NCBI GenBank assembly: GCA_964016885.1
Contig: OZ024746.1
Span: 102,176,001-102,240,000, forward strand
Source of the DNA: Eledone cirrhosa
Lineage: Eukaryota
Reading direction: 5' to 3'
DNA: 64,000 nucleotides
Shown here: in pieces, positions 40,401 to 51,127 of the stretch
Numbering within the stretch: the stretch's first letter is position 1
Layout: every line of letters starts with the position of its first letter
The notes under the pieces: model-generated
Told to the model about the DNA's origin: nothing
Seen by the model: the letters and a program-made list of their open reading frames with translations, nothing else
The model's database searches: none
Position numbers and translations under genes: made by a program

Positions 40401-41422
40401 TGAAAATTTCATCACCAATAACATCTAAATTAGTGACAGAGGGCAACTTTCTGACAAAGTCAACAACAGCCTCAATCACTTTTTCTGGTGTTAACTGTAA
40501 AGACAGGAAAAATGTCAACATAACCAACTTAGAATAAATGAATAGTTATATACATGTTGCTATAACTTCTGAGTTGTAGGATCATCGTATTGACATACGG
40601 TGGTTCGAGGTTATTTTTTAAAATCCTGACAGAACCCATTTTCTCCCCAAGTCTAAATACACCAGATTTCTTCCAGAGAAGGAAAGAGATATAGAGAAAG
40701 AAACAGGCCCAATACTAGGCTGGTACTTTTCTTTTATCGGCTTCGAATGGATGAAAAGCAAAGTTGACCTCAATGGGATTTGAAACAAATACAGAAAAGC
40801 ATTTTATCTGACGCTCTAAGGACTCTGCCAATTGTCTGCCCTCAGCTATATAGGAGTGGGAAATGGGTGACTTTGTGACACCTCAAAATATAGTAAAGCC
40901 ACATGAAGAATTTTAACTGATCTAGATTACATTGATTGAGATGTCAGTAGAATTGTTGAAACAATGGTTTTAGGAAATTAGACACTTTAGTAATTGCAGA
41001 ATTTCAGAATTTGGAAGCCAGTAATCAGGTTACAATGGAATAGTATAGTATAATATAGCCGCCACTGCCGTAACTATTAACCCTTTCGTTACCAAACTGC
41101 CTGAAGCGTCATTATAAAGTGTTTATATTTATCTAAAAAAAAATTGCCGTCACAATTTTATGTAAGAAACTATTTTAAGTTATGTTCCAAACACCAGATT
41201 AATAATGAGAAAATTAGTTATATAACTAAATCTTCAATAATCCTCGATTGTTTAAAAAAAAATTTGAAAATCACAGGCAGTGTCTTTCATTAGAAATATG
41301 GTAATGAAAGGGTTAACACAAAATACAATATTGTCTCACCTTTGTAGGTCTTCCTTCTGTGGCTTTATAGACTTCATCTTTGAAAAATTCAACTAAATCC
41401 TCATCAGGAAGTATATGATTCC
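19333..41422 (-). CDS. FAM120A: FAM120A/OSSA-family gene (constitutive coactivator of PPAR-gamma-like protein 1 homolog), partial: 13 coding exons in the window
   Basis: Exons 41340-41422, 40400-40494, 35295-35404, 34882-34946, 32720-32810, 31438-31484, 29421-29567, 29176-29332, 26681-26945, 26074-26182, 23890-24096, 21788-22016 and 19333-19480 all have GT-AG flanks and join in one frame. The translation contains FAM120 signatures GNHILPDEDL, RLWLGQQADDKNRRLRAFLTCL, LQRQELDAFLA, CCPWLYFDGKLF, KVERMRQAILEGL and GGQLEIAGVVVGSW. Recognised from memory of the family; paralog assignment (A vs C) is not meaningful for an invertebrate. Confidence 0.93.
20106..20926 (-). mobile_element. Non-autonomous Helitron (intronic)
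   Basis: The minus strand starts TCTATATATATAAAA and ends CCCGTGCAACGCCGGAT..CTAG, inserted between host A and T with no TSD. It has three internal copies of TTTTCACCTAA(T/C)G.GG.CCTAGG and shares ACATG(TG)TAAAGTTTGAAAA with the 5' region of the Helitron at 53895-59624. Confidence 0.88.
21076..21288. mobile_element. piggyBac-type MITE
   Basis: Terminal inverted repeats CCCATTAGCATTTA / TAAATGCTAAAGGG with TTCA/TTAA flanks. Related copies at 28354-28557, ~34200-34388 and ~52040-52167. Confidence 0.8.
21788..22016 (-). CDS. FAM120A: FAM120A-like exon VDQVLKVERMRQAILEGL...GRGRGIL
   Basis: 229 bp; ttttag acceptor, gtaag donor; start of the RG-rich tail. Confidence 0.92.
22083..23232 (+). mobile_element. 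5'-truncated RTE LINE with (GAT)n tail
   Basis: KTKIL..SGKWPCSVC (PHD partly deleted), FCYLGD, MKGRLYDACIRS, RRLRWYGHVMRM, 3' UTR and tail. Confidence 0.93.
23350..23490 (-). mobile_element. SINE fragment (abundant family with GAGTTCAAAT..GAGGTYRACTTTGCCTTTCATCC core)
   Basis: Similar to the copies at 51128-51327 and 60655-60850. Confidence 0.7.
23890..24096 (-). CDS. FAM120A: FAM120A-like exon ...RGVHLASLFMAGIETAIFANDICGAPIPWTMCCPWLYFDGKLFHFKLLKA...DMCDGQ
   Basis: 207 bp, 69 codons; the most conserved FAM120 block. Confidence 0.95.
24283..24390. repeat. Local tandem duplication, period about 61 bp
   Basis: GGTAACTATATCACTGATCTATAGCTACATATGAACAAAGGCAA occurs twice. Confidence 0.9.
24990..25150 (-). 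mobile_element. SINE, same family as 51128-51327
   Basis: CACAAGGCC..GGTACTTTATTTT..GAAAGG..AAAGGCAAAG..AACCTCGGC..ATTTGAAC. Confidence 0.75.
26074..26182 (-). CDS. FAM120A: FAM120A-like exon YILQNGRILQRQELDAFLAMAVSPLLHDIQIMQDLK
   Basis: 109 bp; tcctag acceptor, gtatg donor. Confidence 0.93.
26681..26945 (-). CDS. FAM120A: FAM120A-like exon ...KEWVV...RLWLGQQADDKNRRLRAFLTCLKSDTPLMLN...CCVHR
   Basis: 265 bp; strongly conserved motif; phases 1 to 2. Confidence 0.94.
27657..28030 (-). mobile_element. Internally deleted RTE LINE fragment with tail
   Basis: RVRMGWKKFRELLPLLAAKGFSLKMKGRLY joined to a shortened 3' UTR and (GAT)n tail. Confidence 0.85.
28354..28557. mobile_element. piggyBac-type MITE
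   Basis: TTAA|CCCTTTATCAT ... ATGATAAAGGG|ATAA; internal similarity to 21076-21288. Confidence 0.8.
29176..29332 (-). CDS. FAM120A: FAM120A-like exon GEVKLEVCLEED...LYRPVRQTLYSVLFNL
   Basis: 157 bp, after an 88-bp intron; LYRPVRQ motif. Confidence 0.92.
29421..29567 (-). CDS. FAM120A: FAM120A-like exon ...LPQISPEIMRIASERHQKGLMSPWVYQLLSQ
   Basis: 147 bp; matches the FAM120 'PEVLRVAEHRHKKGLM'-type motif. Confidence 0.9.
31438..31484 (-). CDS. FAM120A: FAM120A-like small exon (G)DSKRNDDTWNQKFQQ
   Basis: 47 bp; tttcag acceptor, gtaatg donor; phases 1 to 0. Confidence 0.68.
31665..32014 (+). mobile_element. tRNA-derived SINE with an RTE-derived 3' end
   Basis: A-box-like TGGCTTAGTGG and B-box-like GAGTTCAATTC. 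The 3' part is nearly identical to the LINE 3' UTR at ~23020-23130, followed by a (GAT)n tail. A related decayed head lies at ~52908-53040. Confidence 0.82.
32720..32810 (-). CDS. FAM120A: FAM120A-like exon, linker ETSGYVDNANPQIVVDPPNQNVHDFGANQS
   Basis: 91 bp; ttctcctcag acceptor, gtatgt donor; phases 0 to 1. Confidence 0.7.
32875..34067 (-). mobile_element. 5'-truncated RTE LINE with an intact PHD-like finger and C-terminus
   Basis: The ORF 33189-34067 is uninterrupted: KGLKVNMTKTKVL-WPCSVC..CPKCKQWVHKRC..CSSC-FCYLGD..RRLRWYGHV; (ATC)n tail at 32875. Confidence 0.95.
34200..34388. mobile_element. piggyBac-type MITE (inverted relative to 21076-21288)
   Basis: Ends AAATGCTAAAGGG|TTAA; the body is the reverse complement of the 21076 copy. 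Confidence 0.75.
34882..34946 (-). CDS. FAM120A: FAM120A-like exon, low-complexity linker INGLPQQTGSYLQNGQSKPDTS
   Basis: 65 bp; ccttag acceptor, gtaag donor; phases 1 to 0. Supported by phase and splice sites only. Confidence 0.7.
35295..35404 (-). CDS. FAM120A: FAM120A-like exon DSVKNKHELITKLKQSVQYYLNGTQDGFLKYKPRVK
   Basis: 110 bp; tttcag acceptor, gtaag donor; phases 2 to 1. Confidence 0.85.
35720..37032 (+). mobile_element. Older decayed RTE LINE
   Basis: GPAMEVE..KAAGPSKITAEMLK..NYRGIKL, SGKWPCSICRKG, (GAT)n tail; many lesions. Confidence 0.88.
37300..37588 (-). mobile_element. Short RTE derivative: start-codon region fused to the 3' UTR and tail
   Basis: 37300-37560 matches the 3' UTR at ~15620-15905. 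37560-37582 matches 50939-50960 (TTTCGGCCGCGGATGGCTAACA on the minus strand). Confidence 0.75.
37590..39364 (+). mobile_element. 5'-truncated decayed RTE LINE ending in TTAGGG repeats
   Basis: IQNGVIPNDW, LEKAFDRVP, GVHQGFVLSPLLF, SGKWP, RRLRWYGHV, then 3' UTR. Confidence 0.9.
40400..40494 (-). CDS. FAM120A: FAM120A-like exon LTPEKVIEAVVDFVRKLPSVTNLDVIGDEIF
   Basis: 95 bp; ttacag acceptor, gtaag donor; phases 0 to 2 fit the neighbours. Confidence 0.88.
40710..40845 (-). mobile_element. SINE fragment, same family as 51128-51327
   Basis: GGTACTTTTCTTTTATCG..GGATGAAAAGCAAAGTTGACCTC..GGGATTTGAA. Confidence 0.7.
41081..41312. mobile_element. piggyBac-type MITE, second family
   Basis: TTAA|CCCTTTCGTTACCA ... 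TGGTAATGAAAGGG|TTAA; TTAA target-site duplication on both sides. Confidence 0.88.
41340..41422 (-). CDS. FAM120A: FAM120A-like exon (G)NHILPDEDLVEFFKDEVYKATEGRPTK
   Basis: 83 bp; ttttag acceptor, gtgag donor; conserved GNHILPDEDL motif. Confidence 0.92.
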
Positions 41423-41929
41423 CTAAAAGAAAGAAAGAAAAAAAAACACAAAAAAACATACAATTTAGATATACAGTAAAATATTGAAGGAAAACATCCT
41501 ATATATTGTATCCTTAAAGAATACTCTATACACTGCACCTTCAAAGAATACTTTATAGAGTATTCTTTGAAGATACAATATATAAAGAATACTTTATATA
41601 TTGTATCCTCAAAGCCACATGACTCAAACAATAACTGCAAAACTACTAAAATATAAATCTGTTTCTTAAATGTTATTTCAATGTAATCTTCCCAAATCTA
41701 TTATCTCAGAGCTATGTAGATATAAATAGATTATTCTGCCCAGAATAAACCAGTCACATGTGATAGGAACACTGACAAAGATCTGCTACACCAATATTTT
41801 ATTTCCTAGAGTATCAGAATATTTAACTATTAAGAAAGCTTTTCTAACTTCACAAAAACCAACAGAACAAAGAAAGCATATTACTAATTCGAAATTAAAA
41901 TACTGACTTAACAGTAATTTAATATTTAA

Positions 41930-43700
41930 CTTTACATCAGCGTTTTTACATGTTTTCCTAAGCTTGCATGGGTTGGACAGATATTCCTCTACTGCAGATT
42001 CCTTCCTATTAAATTGCTTAGCACTTTATCCAACTATCATACTCCATATCACATGTAACAATGAAGTGTTTGTTCTCTCTTGCACGATTCCTATCATATC
42101 TAGTTTTCTCCTTGGTTCATTTGTGCTGTCATTTATTATAGACTCAGGAGCAATGTATGCCTCATTTATTTCCAGCTGTTATACATTCTCTGCCCATGTT
42201 CCATGACAATGCAACATTGCACTTCACACAGCTATTACCGTAACCCACTGTTAATCAGGTAACCTAATAGATACTGTCTGCTACTTCTAGGGAGCCTTCC
42301 TAGCATTTGAAAATTTCATTGGGGCTCTTACTGCTAACTGCCCTTCTGCATCTGCTATCTGTAACCCTACTACACCTCATGTGCACCCGTAGTTTACATT
42401 GAGTACACCATACAGAATACCCACCCCCTCCATAGTGAGTATGGCCACCTTCCAAATGACATGTGAATCCTGTCTTCTTTCTAACTAAAATCTGTTATGA
42501 CCAGGAGAGCTATAAACTTTACCTGTAGTTATGAGGTGGTATCAACAAGTTTCCTGTAGTGTGCCAAAAACGCCCTTCATGTGGCGTATGACATTGCTGT
42601 GTTCACTTCATAAGTTGTGAAATTTGAGATTTTGTGATTACGTATATGCTGTAGCCTGCGATTTTGTCATTTATAAGAAGTTGGAACAAAGAACCAACGT
42701 GAAATTTTGAGTTCAACTTGGGAAGTCTGCTACAGAGACATTGAGCCTGCTTCGGCAAGCTTACTGTGACAAGGTCAAGTGACATGGATGCTTCATAAAC
42801 AGAAAAACCTCCCTGGAAGATGACAAGAGAATTTGTCCCCCAGGGCGAGACCATCAATCGAGAGTTCTACTGCAATGTTTTGAGGTGTTTGAAGGAGGAC
42901 GTCCGGCGAAAGCAACTGAATCAGTGCTATGTGAAGAATGGGATTGTTCACGACAACAATACACCATGTCACCGAGCTCTCCCCATTCGTGAGTTTCTTG
43001 CCCAAAACAACATTATATCACTTCCACACTTGCCTTATTCACCAGATTTAGCACCTGTGGATTTCCATCTCCTCTCCAAGCTGAAAATGCAGCTCAACGG
43101 TACCCGTTTTAACATTGTTGCCAAGATCCAGAACAAACCGCAGGAGGTCCTTGACTCGTTTATGGAAAATGACTTCAAGGCCGGATTGCAAAAGCATCAG
43201 GAACACAGGGACCGGTGTATTGTTGCACAAAGTGACTATTTCAAAGGAGATGATGTTAAAACTTAGGTAAATATATATATTTTTGCAAAACACAGCTAGT
43301 CCGGGGAACATTTTGATACTACCTTGTAATTCTTTCTAGAGCATCTCCTTTGTAGTAATTGATGATGATACTGCAATGAGTACATCTCACTGACTACCTG
43401 ATTGACTAGCATGTGTTATACTTAGGATATTTTCAGCATCTCAGAAACTATGACAGTCCACTTGCTTTCACTACTTTCATATCCATAATTATGTTTTCAA
43501 CCATATAGCAACTGCGACCTCTAATACTTAGAACTGAACCTCTCTTTCCCACACATTTCTCTTATTCAGCAACATCCCACATAAACATTTCCATGCTTCT
43601 CTCTCTCTCGTACTCAATATGAACAAGTATGCTGCTATCATCCCATCCACACTTTTTTTCCAGCAACATCTTCATTTGCCCCAGCACACTCCCTTGCAAT
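41930..43700 (-). mobile_element. Highly decayed RTE LINE remnant interrupted by a mariner
   Basis: Remnants of the PHD-like region (GRWPY..CTQCKLRVHMRC) at ~42340-42460 and YLG, plus a 3' UTR-like end at ~41935-41980. Continuation at 43330-43700 is uncertain. Confidence 0.5.
42532..43326 (+). mobile_element. Internally deleted Tc1/mariner (mariner-type) DNA transposon
   Basis: TA|TGAGGTGGTATCAACAAGTTTCC ... GGAACATTTTGATACTACCTTG|TA. ORF 42820-43266 carries VHDNNTPCH and PYSPDLAPVDFHL (mariner catalytic motifs). Confidence 0.93.
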
Positions 43701-44055
43701 CCAGGACACACCATGCTTCTACTTAATTTAAAATGCTATATTCATAATGTTCATGAGTTATGGTTTAAAAACTGCTACATGTATTCAGCAGTATTCTACA
43801 TAAGTAGAACTATATATTAACAAACCATCGAGGCACATTAACATATTAGACATTAGGAAAGGAAGCCATTAGTAAGAATATCTGTTTTTTTTGTAAAAAC
43901 AAACAGGAAAGTTCTATCAGTTAAAAAAGAAATGTAGGTATCAGCTGGAGATCCAGCATTAAAAAATACTTCTTATATATTGCATGCAGCAGATTATCAA
44001 AAGTTGGTTGTTATGACAGTTATAGCTGGTCAGAACATAAGCAAATATGAAAAAT

Positions 44056-44180
44056 ATGCAAACAACAGTTCCTGCTTATATCTGAAATGGCTAGTTACAA
44101 CAGTGTCAAATGCGGAAACTATGCAGCGAACAACAGTTCCTGCTTATATCAGAAATGGCTAGTTATAGTGGTGTCAAATT
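44056..44180. repeat. Local tandem duplication, period about 69 bp
   Basis: AACAACAGTTCCTGCTTATATC.GAAATGGCTAGTTA occurs twice. Confidence 0.85.
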
Positions 44181-44299
44181 TGATCAGATGTAAACCTAAT
44201 TTATTTTATATCACTGTGTACTGTCATGAAATGAAGAACCACATTGAAAACACCACCACCATCTATAGGATTAATCATTAAAAATACCCCCCCCCCCCC

Positions 44300-44405
44300 C
44301 CGCAGTATTCTGGCACCCTGCATTCTGAGTTCAAATCCCACTAAGGTCAACCTTGCCCTCCATCTATCTAAAATCAATAAATAAAGTACCAGTTTAGTAC
44401 TGTGG
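44300..44405 (+). mobile_element. SINE fragment
   Basis: CTGAGTTCAAATCCCACTAAGGTCAACCTTGCCCTCCATC..AAAGTACCAG. Confidence 0.7.
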
Positions 44406-45213
44406 CCCGATTCTTCCTCTGGATGGAGAGGAATAAGCTCTGCCAAGTTTAACCCCTTCACTAACATATTTCTATTGAACGGTATTGCCTATATATTTCA
44501 ATTAATTTTGAGGGATTTAGTAATATAATTAACTTATGCTTTATCAAATTATTGTTTTGGTACACCTGGACGAGGTGTCATGTGGTGTTCTTGGGCAAAA
44601 TTATTTCATGTTGCTCCTACCAGGTGTTACAACCAACAGATATGAAAAATGAGAAACACTGTTTCTTTGGTCTCATCTGACAATCAGCTCCATTCTTACC
44701 TTTTTAATTGCAACAATATTAACATAATATTTGATAGTCTTTTCAACTGTTTTTATGATCTTTCTTTTATTTCATATAATATAACAAATGGAAGTATAAG
44801 GTTGCTGCTTCTACATGAAATAGCTACAATAATTTGAAATACTTATTAACATCCATCCCATAATGATTTCATAGAAAATATCTAAAAACAGGTTTGTTAA
44901 TTCAAGTGTTGGTGGCATCTTTTATGGACAGATCTTTATTAGAATGTTATCAGACCAATTATTAAAGTGACACAACCATACTGTTTTGTACTTTTAAAAA
45001 ATGTTTTGCTAATGTACTATCATGTGATACAGGATGTTAATTTATATGAAACAGATTCCAGCTTCTCATTAACATGAAACTGTCTTAATATATTTATTTC
45101 ATATAATTGATAGATACATGTGTAATTACTGTGGCCCCACCAAATTTAATATAATTCAGAGAATGAATTGTATATGCTTGTTGACTGAGACTACCCTGAC
45201 AAAATACTGTTTC

Positions 45214-45395
<182 letters not shown>

Positions 45396-47883
45396 GGAAC
45401 AGGCAATGGATTCCCATTGCCTGCTGACTTGGAATGTCAAGACAAACCTTGGGACTACTCTTCGATATTATAGGGAGATGGAAGAAGTTGGTACCCCTTC
45501 CCTCAACCAGACAACTTGTGTAAATCCTATTAAAAAATAAAGTTAGATTAAATTTACTTCATAATACTAGCTGTAGTGATTTCAGTAGGAACTAAAAGAG
45601 CAAATGAATATAATTTCTCTAAAATATTGCTATTTATAAATGTTATCAATGGAAATATGTTAAAATTTTATTTGCAGCCAATAGACAATTTTTATAAATT
45701 CTGGTTGGCAAAATAGCTGAACTAGGTGAACAGAAAGATAATTTTAGAGTTTAGTTATCAAACGCACAAGTATCCTAAAATCAAGTTATAGATAGGAAAG
45801 CTGAGATGCAAAGTAATGTAATGTATTATATTCTTGATAGAGATGATGCATTGTTAACCTATAGTAACACCAAACTGTCTTGTAACTGTCTGATTCTATT
45901 TAAAAACCTTCCATCATAATTTTATGAACAAATTCTCCAAACATTAACTCAACGTCCTGAAACTGCATAACATGAAAAATTAAAATCTTTATTTTTCTGC
46001 AATTTTACAATAATCTGCCCAATAGTGAAGATACTATAAACATTTGAAGTAACAAACCTGAATTTAGATATTTTCTGCTAAATAATTACAGGATGTTAAT
46101 AAACGAGCAAGTTAATTTACTAAATGTTTGTAAAGTATAAAAGAGTAAGGTGAATACAATAGAATGTATTTTGAAAACTAAACAACTCAGGTGTATTAAA
46201 AGGATGATTGAGATGCAGTTTAATAGAAACAGATGTAGAGTATGTGAAGAAATATTGGGATAGTGATAGCTAAGTCAACTTTTAAATGTTGCTAGTGTAT
46301 AGAAAGTAAAAAACAAAAACATATATACTCTGTAAAAAGCAATAATAGAGGCTGGTCTTCATTGTGTGAGAATAGAGAAAATGTCAGTTATTTTGAGACA
46401 ACCTTTTAAAGAAATATGGATTTTGTAATTCTCTCAGGCTCAAGTATTTATATTTAATTCTGTTGGTTATTAACATTATTGTTTTTATAATTAAGTGTAT
46501 ATGAAGGTATGTACTACAATATGTCTATCACACAAGAGTCTTGTAAATAGGTGTATATGAAGGTATGTACTATGATATATCTATGTATATCACACAAGTC
46601 TAGCTTTCAATATTTTAAGCTGTAACCAATGTCACATATCTCAGTAGCTATGTGATATAAAAATCCAGAGTCTGGCATTCTCACATGGCTACTGAGATAC
46701 CTTAAAACATTCATAGCCAGACTCATGTATGTTTATTGTACATAAATATACTTTCATATTAACCATACTACTGCTAACATTATACATAAATATATCATAT
46801 ATATACCTTCATACATACACCTCTTATTAACTACTGCTAACATTGTTAAAAATGTAAAAACAAAATCTAAATGTCCTTGGGAACCTCTAACCAGGTTGAA
46901 AGGCCTGTTTCATACCAACATGTTCTGCTTCTATGAAAAAAAAAAACAACACCTATTTAAAGGATTCCTAATTAAACTTTCTAACATAATTTTATATAAG
47001 ACAATTTTGTTATGTTACAAATACCAACTTGAATTATAATTTTAGTAAATCTCCCAAATACCTCATTAATTAAAATACAGAGTATTTCCTTAAAAATACA
47101 GGAACAAAATGGTTAAAGATAGTACATCTGATTGCTTGGCAGAAGAAATGGTATGGTAATATGTCCTAGTTATCATCCCATCTGATTCTTCTAACATTTT
47201 GTGGTGGTGATCAGCTAACAAATCTTTATTTTGGTTAAGGTGATGAAATGACAGGAATATTTCATCAGCCTTTTTAGTTTTGTCTCCTTACATTTTGAAT
47301 CCAAACCACTGTAGATGTTCCCTTTTACCTGCTGGGGTATTTCAGTACTATACATGTACAGCACTTATCTATTTTTTAATTCCTTCTCTGATCAAGGCCA
47401 GTTTTAAACATTTTTTGCTTCCTAACAAAACAGCAATTTTACAATTATATTTGTAATCCTTAGTTTTAATCTAGCTGTCTTTTCTCTTATAGAGAGAATT
47501 TTACTTAAGAGGTAAAAAAAAAAAAGCAACCAGTCCACACTGGTTGGCATTAGGGAAAGCACCCAGCAGTAGAAGCCAAACTAAAATATAGAACCATATG
47601 AGCATGACAGTTACTTGACTTGTTTCATACAGTGACACCCTAACCCATAGAAGCATGTGAAAATGATGTTACGCCCTTCTTAGAATTATCAGAGTTTTAG
47701 GGTTAAAATCTTTCCTGGGAAGGTGTTTATAGTGCATTTCGTCACCTTTTATTTTTCATTACTCTCAGAGCTCCTATAAAAACAACTGACATCCTAGATG
47801 ACATCATTGTCAATTGTCCTTTTCTCGTTCTCACCCAAATCTGTCATTTCTCATATCATCACTCCATTTTTCTCTCCAACTTT

Positions 47884-50800
47884 TCAAAGGTCTCGGTCCA
47901 GTGACATTGTCTTGGAGAGGTGTAAGTGTGTGAGGTCGGAATTTATCAAGTCGTCCCAGGTTTTTCTGGGTCTGCCTACTCTGTAGCTACCGTCTATTTT
48001 GATCACCCTGCACTTTTTTATACAGCTGTCGCCTTTCATGCGCATCACGTGACCATACCAACGTAGTCTTCTCTCGAGTAAACAGCATCTGATCCCTCTT
48101 ATTCCTAATTTCTCACTTAGTTCATTTATGCTTTGCCGTTCACGTATATTACTATTACACATCCAACGGAGCATGCATGCTTCGTTCCTCTCCAGTCTGC
48201 GTAGATCCTCTGCACACACGGCCCAAGTCTCACTGCCATGTAACATCACTGTTCGTATGCAGGCATCATACAGCCTGCCTTTCATTTTTAGAGAGAAACC
48301 TTTAGCGGCCAATAGTGGTATAAGCTCTCTGAACTTTTTCCATCCCGTTCTGACTCTAGCTACTGTACTTTCTGAGCACCCTCCACCACTGCTGATTTTG
48401 TCACCCAGGTAACGGAAGGTGTCCACTATTTCTATAGAGCCATCTGGGCAATGCAATGAGCTAGTATTCTGTGGGCATTTGCTGCTACTTATTGCACCTG
48501 AGCACCGGCCACATATAAAATCTATAATCTTAGTTAGCTTACCTGTGATCCCACATCTTTTATGCACCCATACTTTGCATTTGGGACATAAAATGGAGTT
48601 TCTGCCTACTGCTTTCCTACACACTGAGCATGGCCATTTCCCAGATGGGACCAGTGCTCTATTTTTCTCCCTACATATTAGAACTTTAGTCTTAGACAGG
48701 TTAACTTTAAGACCTTTTGATTCTAAGCCATGCTGCCATGTTTGGAATTTCTTCTCTAGTTCAGCCATTGATTCGGCTATGAGCGTTAGATCATCTGCGT
48801 ATAGAAGTTCCCATGGGCAGCCGGTCTTGAACTCCTCTGTTATAGCCTGAAGGGCGATAATAAATAGGAGGGGGCTAAGGACGGAGCCCTGATGAACACC
48901 AACTTTTACGCTAAACTCTTCACTATATTCGTTGTTAATTCTAACCTTGCTAACTGTTTCTTTATAGATGGTTTGTATAGCTCTCACAAACCATTCATCA
49001 ACACCTAGTTTTCTGAGAGCTCACCCGAAAAAAAGTCAACGAAAGCTAAGAATAGGGGTTTACTTTTAGCTAGGTACTGCTCCTGTAGTTGTCGTACAAT
49101 GAAAAGAGCGTCTGTGGTACTTTTACCTGACACAAATCCGAACTGCATTTCATCTAGGTCAATTTGCTCTCTGATTAGTTGCACTATTACTTTTTCTGTG
49201 ACCTTCATGACCTGGTCAATTAATTTAATGTCTCTATAGTTTCCCCTATCTAGGGCATCTCCTTTACCCTTGTAGCAGTTAATGATGATGCTGCTATGCC
49301 AGTCCTTTGGTACGACCCCATTCTGTATGACTTGTTTTACTATCCGGGTGACCATAGTGTGTCCCACCATTCCAAATGCTTTCAGCATTTCAGCAACTAT
49401 TTCCGAAGGCCCAGCCGCCTTACCCGTCTTCATATCTTTGATTGCCTTACTTATTATACTACCTTCAACTTGCACTGCTGGTCCCTCTATTGGATCGATG
49501 TAGGGGAGACTGTCTTTCTCCCATTTATTCTCCTCATTTAGTAGCTTTTCGTAGTGACACTTCCAAGCTACCTTCTTGTCAGCGTCAGTGATGGCAAGTA
49601 CACCATTATCATTAAGGACACACTTCTCCCCGACAATATCACGGTTTTCCTTAACACATTGCCTAGCAATCCTGAACACCTCACGTTTTTGGTCCTCGCG
49701 TTGTAGAACATGCTTGAACTTTCTTTCCTCTGCTTGCCTTCTTGCGAAGTACACTTGTCTCCTAGCCACTTGATAGTCTTCTCTACTTCCCCCATACTTT
49801 CCAAGCCTGCTTTTTGGCCTTGATCGACTCCTCCACCACCAAGTTACTCTCCGCCTGCCTATAGGTCTGCTCCAGCCACAGGTTTCATCTGTCGCCTTCA
49901 GCAGGTTAGCTTTCAGGAATTCCCACTGTTCCTCTATATTGTACGACTCTAATTGCTCTTCCTTACTGTCAAAAGCATCAAGTAATATGCTTTTAAATTT
50001 ATTACTGGCTGTGGGATCCTTTAACTTCCATATTTTTCTCCTGAAGGCTGAAGGCGTCGTGTTGCGTATACACGCCGCCTGCCTTTTCTGGCAGCGACTT
50101 GCAAGCGTACGGGTCGGCGGCGGAACCAAGGATAGTCCTCCTCTGTTGTCGAGTATGTCTCGTCCTGACTATGAGGCTATGTTGGGAGGTGCATTCTTCA
50201 TGGGGGAAGGATTTAGTGTTTACAACAGACACTCTGTCATGTCTTCTGGTAAGGATATAATCTATCTGACTGGCATGTTCCCCTGATCTATAGGTGATCA
50301 AGTGATTGTCTCGTTTTTTTAAGTTTGTGTTACAGATAGTTAGGTTATTTGCGTCACAGAATTCCAGGATTCTGGGGTCGTCCTCATTTCTAGTACCAAA
50401 CCCATAGCCTCCATGGATTCCGTCATAGCTGTCACAGTGTTGTCCAACGTGACCATTTAGGTCGCCAGCAATAATTATATAGTCAGTCGGTTATTTGGGA
50501 GGTAGTGAGCATTAACGACTCATAGAATCTGTCTTTTATAACGCCAGGCAGTCCGGATTGGGGTGCATACATAGATATTATTGTCACAGTAGTTCTATTG
50601 AGGACAAGTCTTATTTTAATTATTCTGTCGTTCACTCTATTTACGTCTATTATTTTATCTACCCATTTTTCTGCTAGCATGATTCCTACTCCACCCAGCC
50701 CATTGTCATTTCCCACCCAGAAAAGCTTATAGCATCGTTTTTTACCCACCCCTCCACCTGGTTTCTTGAATACAGCAAACATCAACCTCCTTACGTTCAA

Positions 50801-51050
50801 GCATCTCTACAACCTCGTTAGAGCGACCTTTTAAGGTGCCTACATTCATGGTACCAACTCTGAAGTTTTGGATTGCGTTTGGTGGGTGGGTAGGATGGGT
50901 AGGATGGGGCGCAGGGAGGGGTGAGGGAGATGGGGCTATGTTAGCCATCCGCGGCCGAAATAAAGAGGAGGAATCCTTGTATTCTCGTCTTTGTCTTTAG
51001 CATTGTCACTGAGTGTCCAGATTTTTCAGACTCTCCAGAATTCCGTAGTC
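47884..51050 (-). mobile_element. Near full-length single-ORF RTE-clade LINE (APE endonuclease + RT + PHD-like finger), frameshifted, 3' end missing
   Basis: ATG at 50948, then RVGTMNVGTL..DVCCIQETRW, ISMYAPQ, IAGDLNGHVG, SQIDYIL (APE); MQFGFVSGKSTTDA, GVHQGSVLSPLLF, LLYADDL (RT). No separate ORF1 is visible. The 5' boundary is approximate. Confidence 0.95.
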
Positions 51051-51127
51051 CATCCATCATATCGAAAGGCAACCAGGTCTAAACTTAAGAAGTAATAACA
51101 TAGGCCGCTGACTTATGATTGGTCCAA

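Noticed and set aside
44700-44810. Possible additional FAM120A exon (ag...AAAAAG|gtaag on the minus strand)
   Set aside because: Stop codons in all three frames and no FAM120 similarity.
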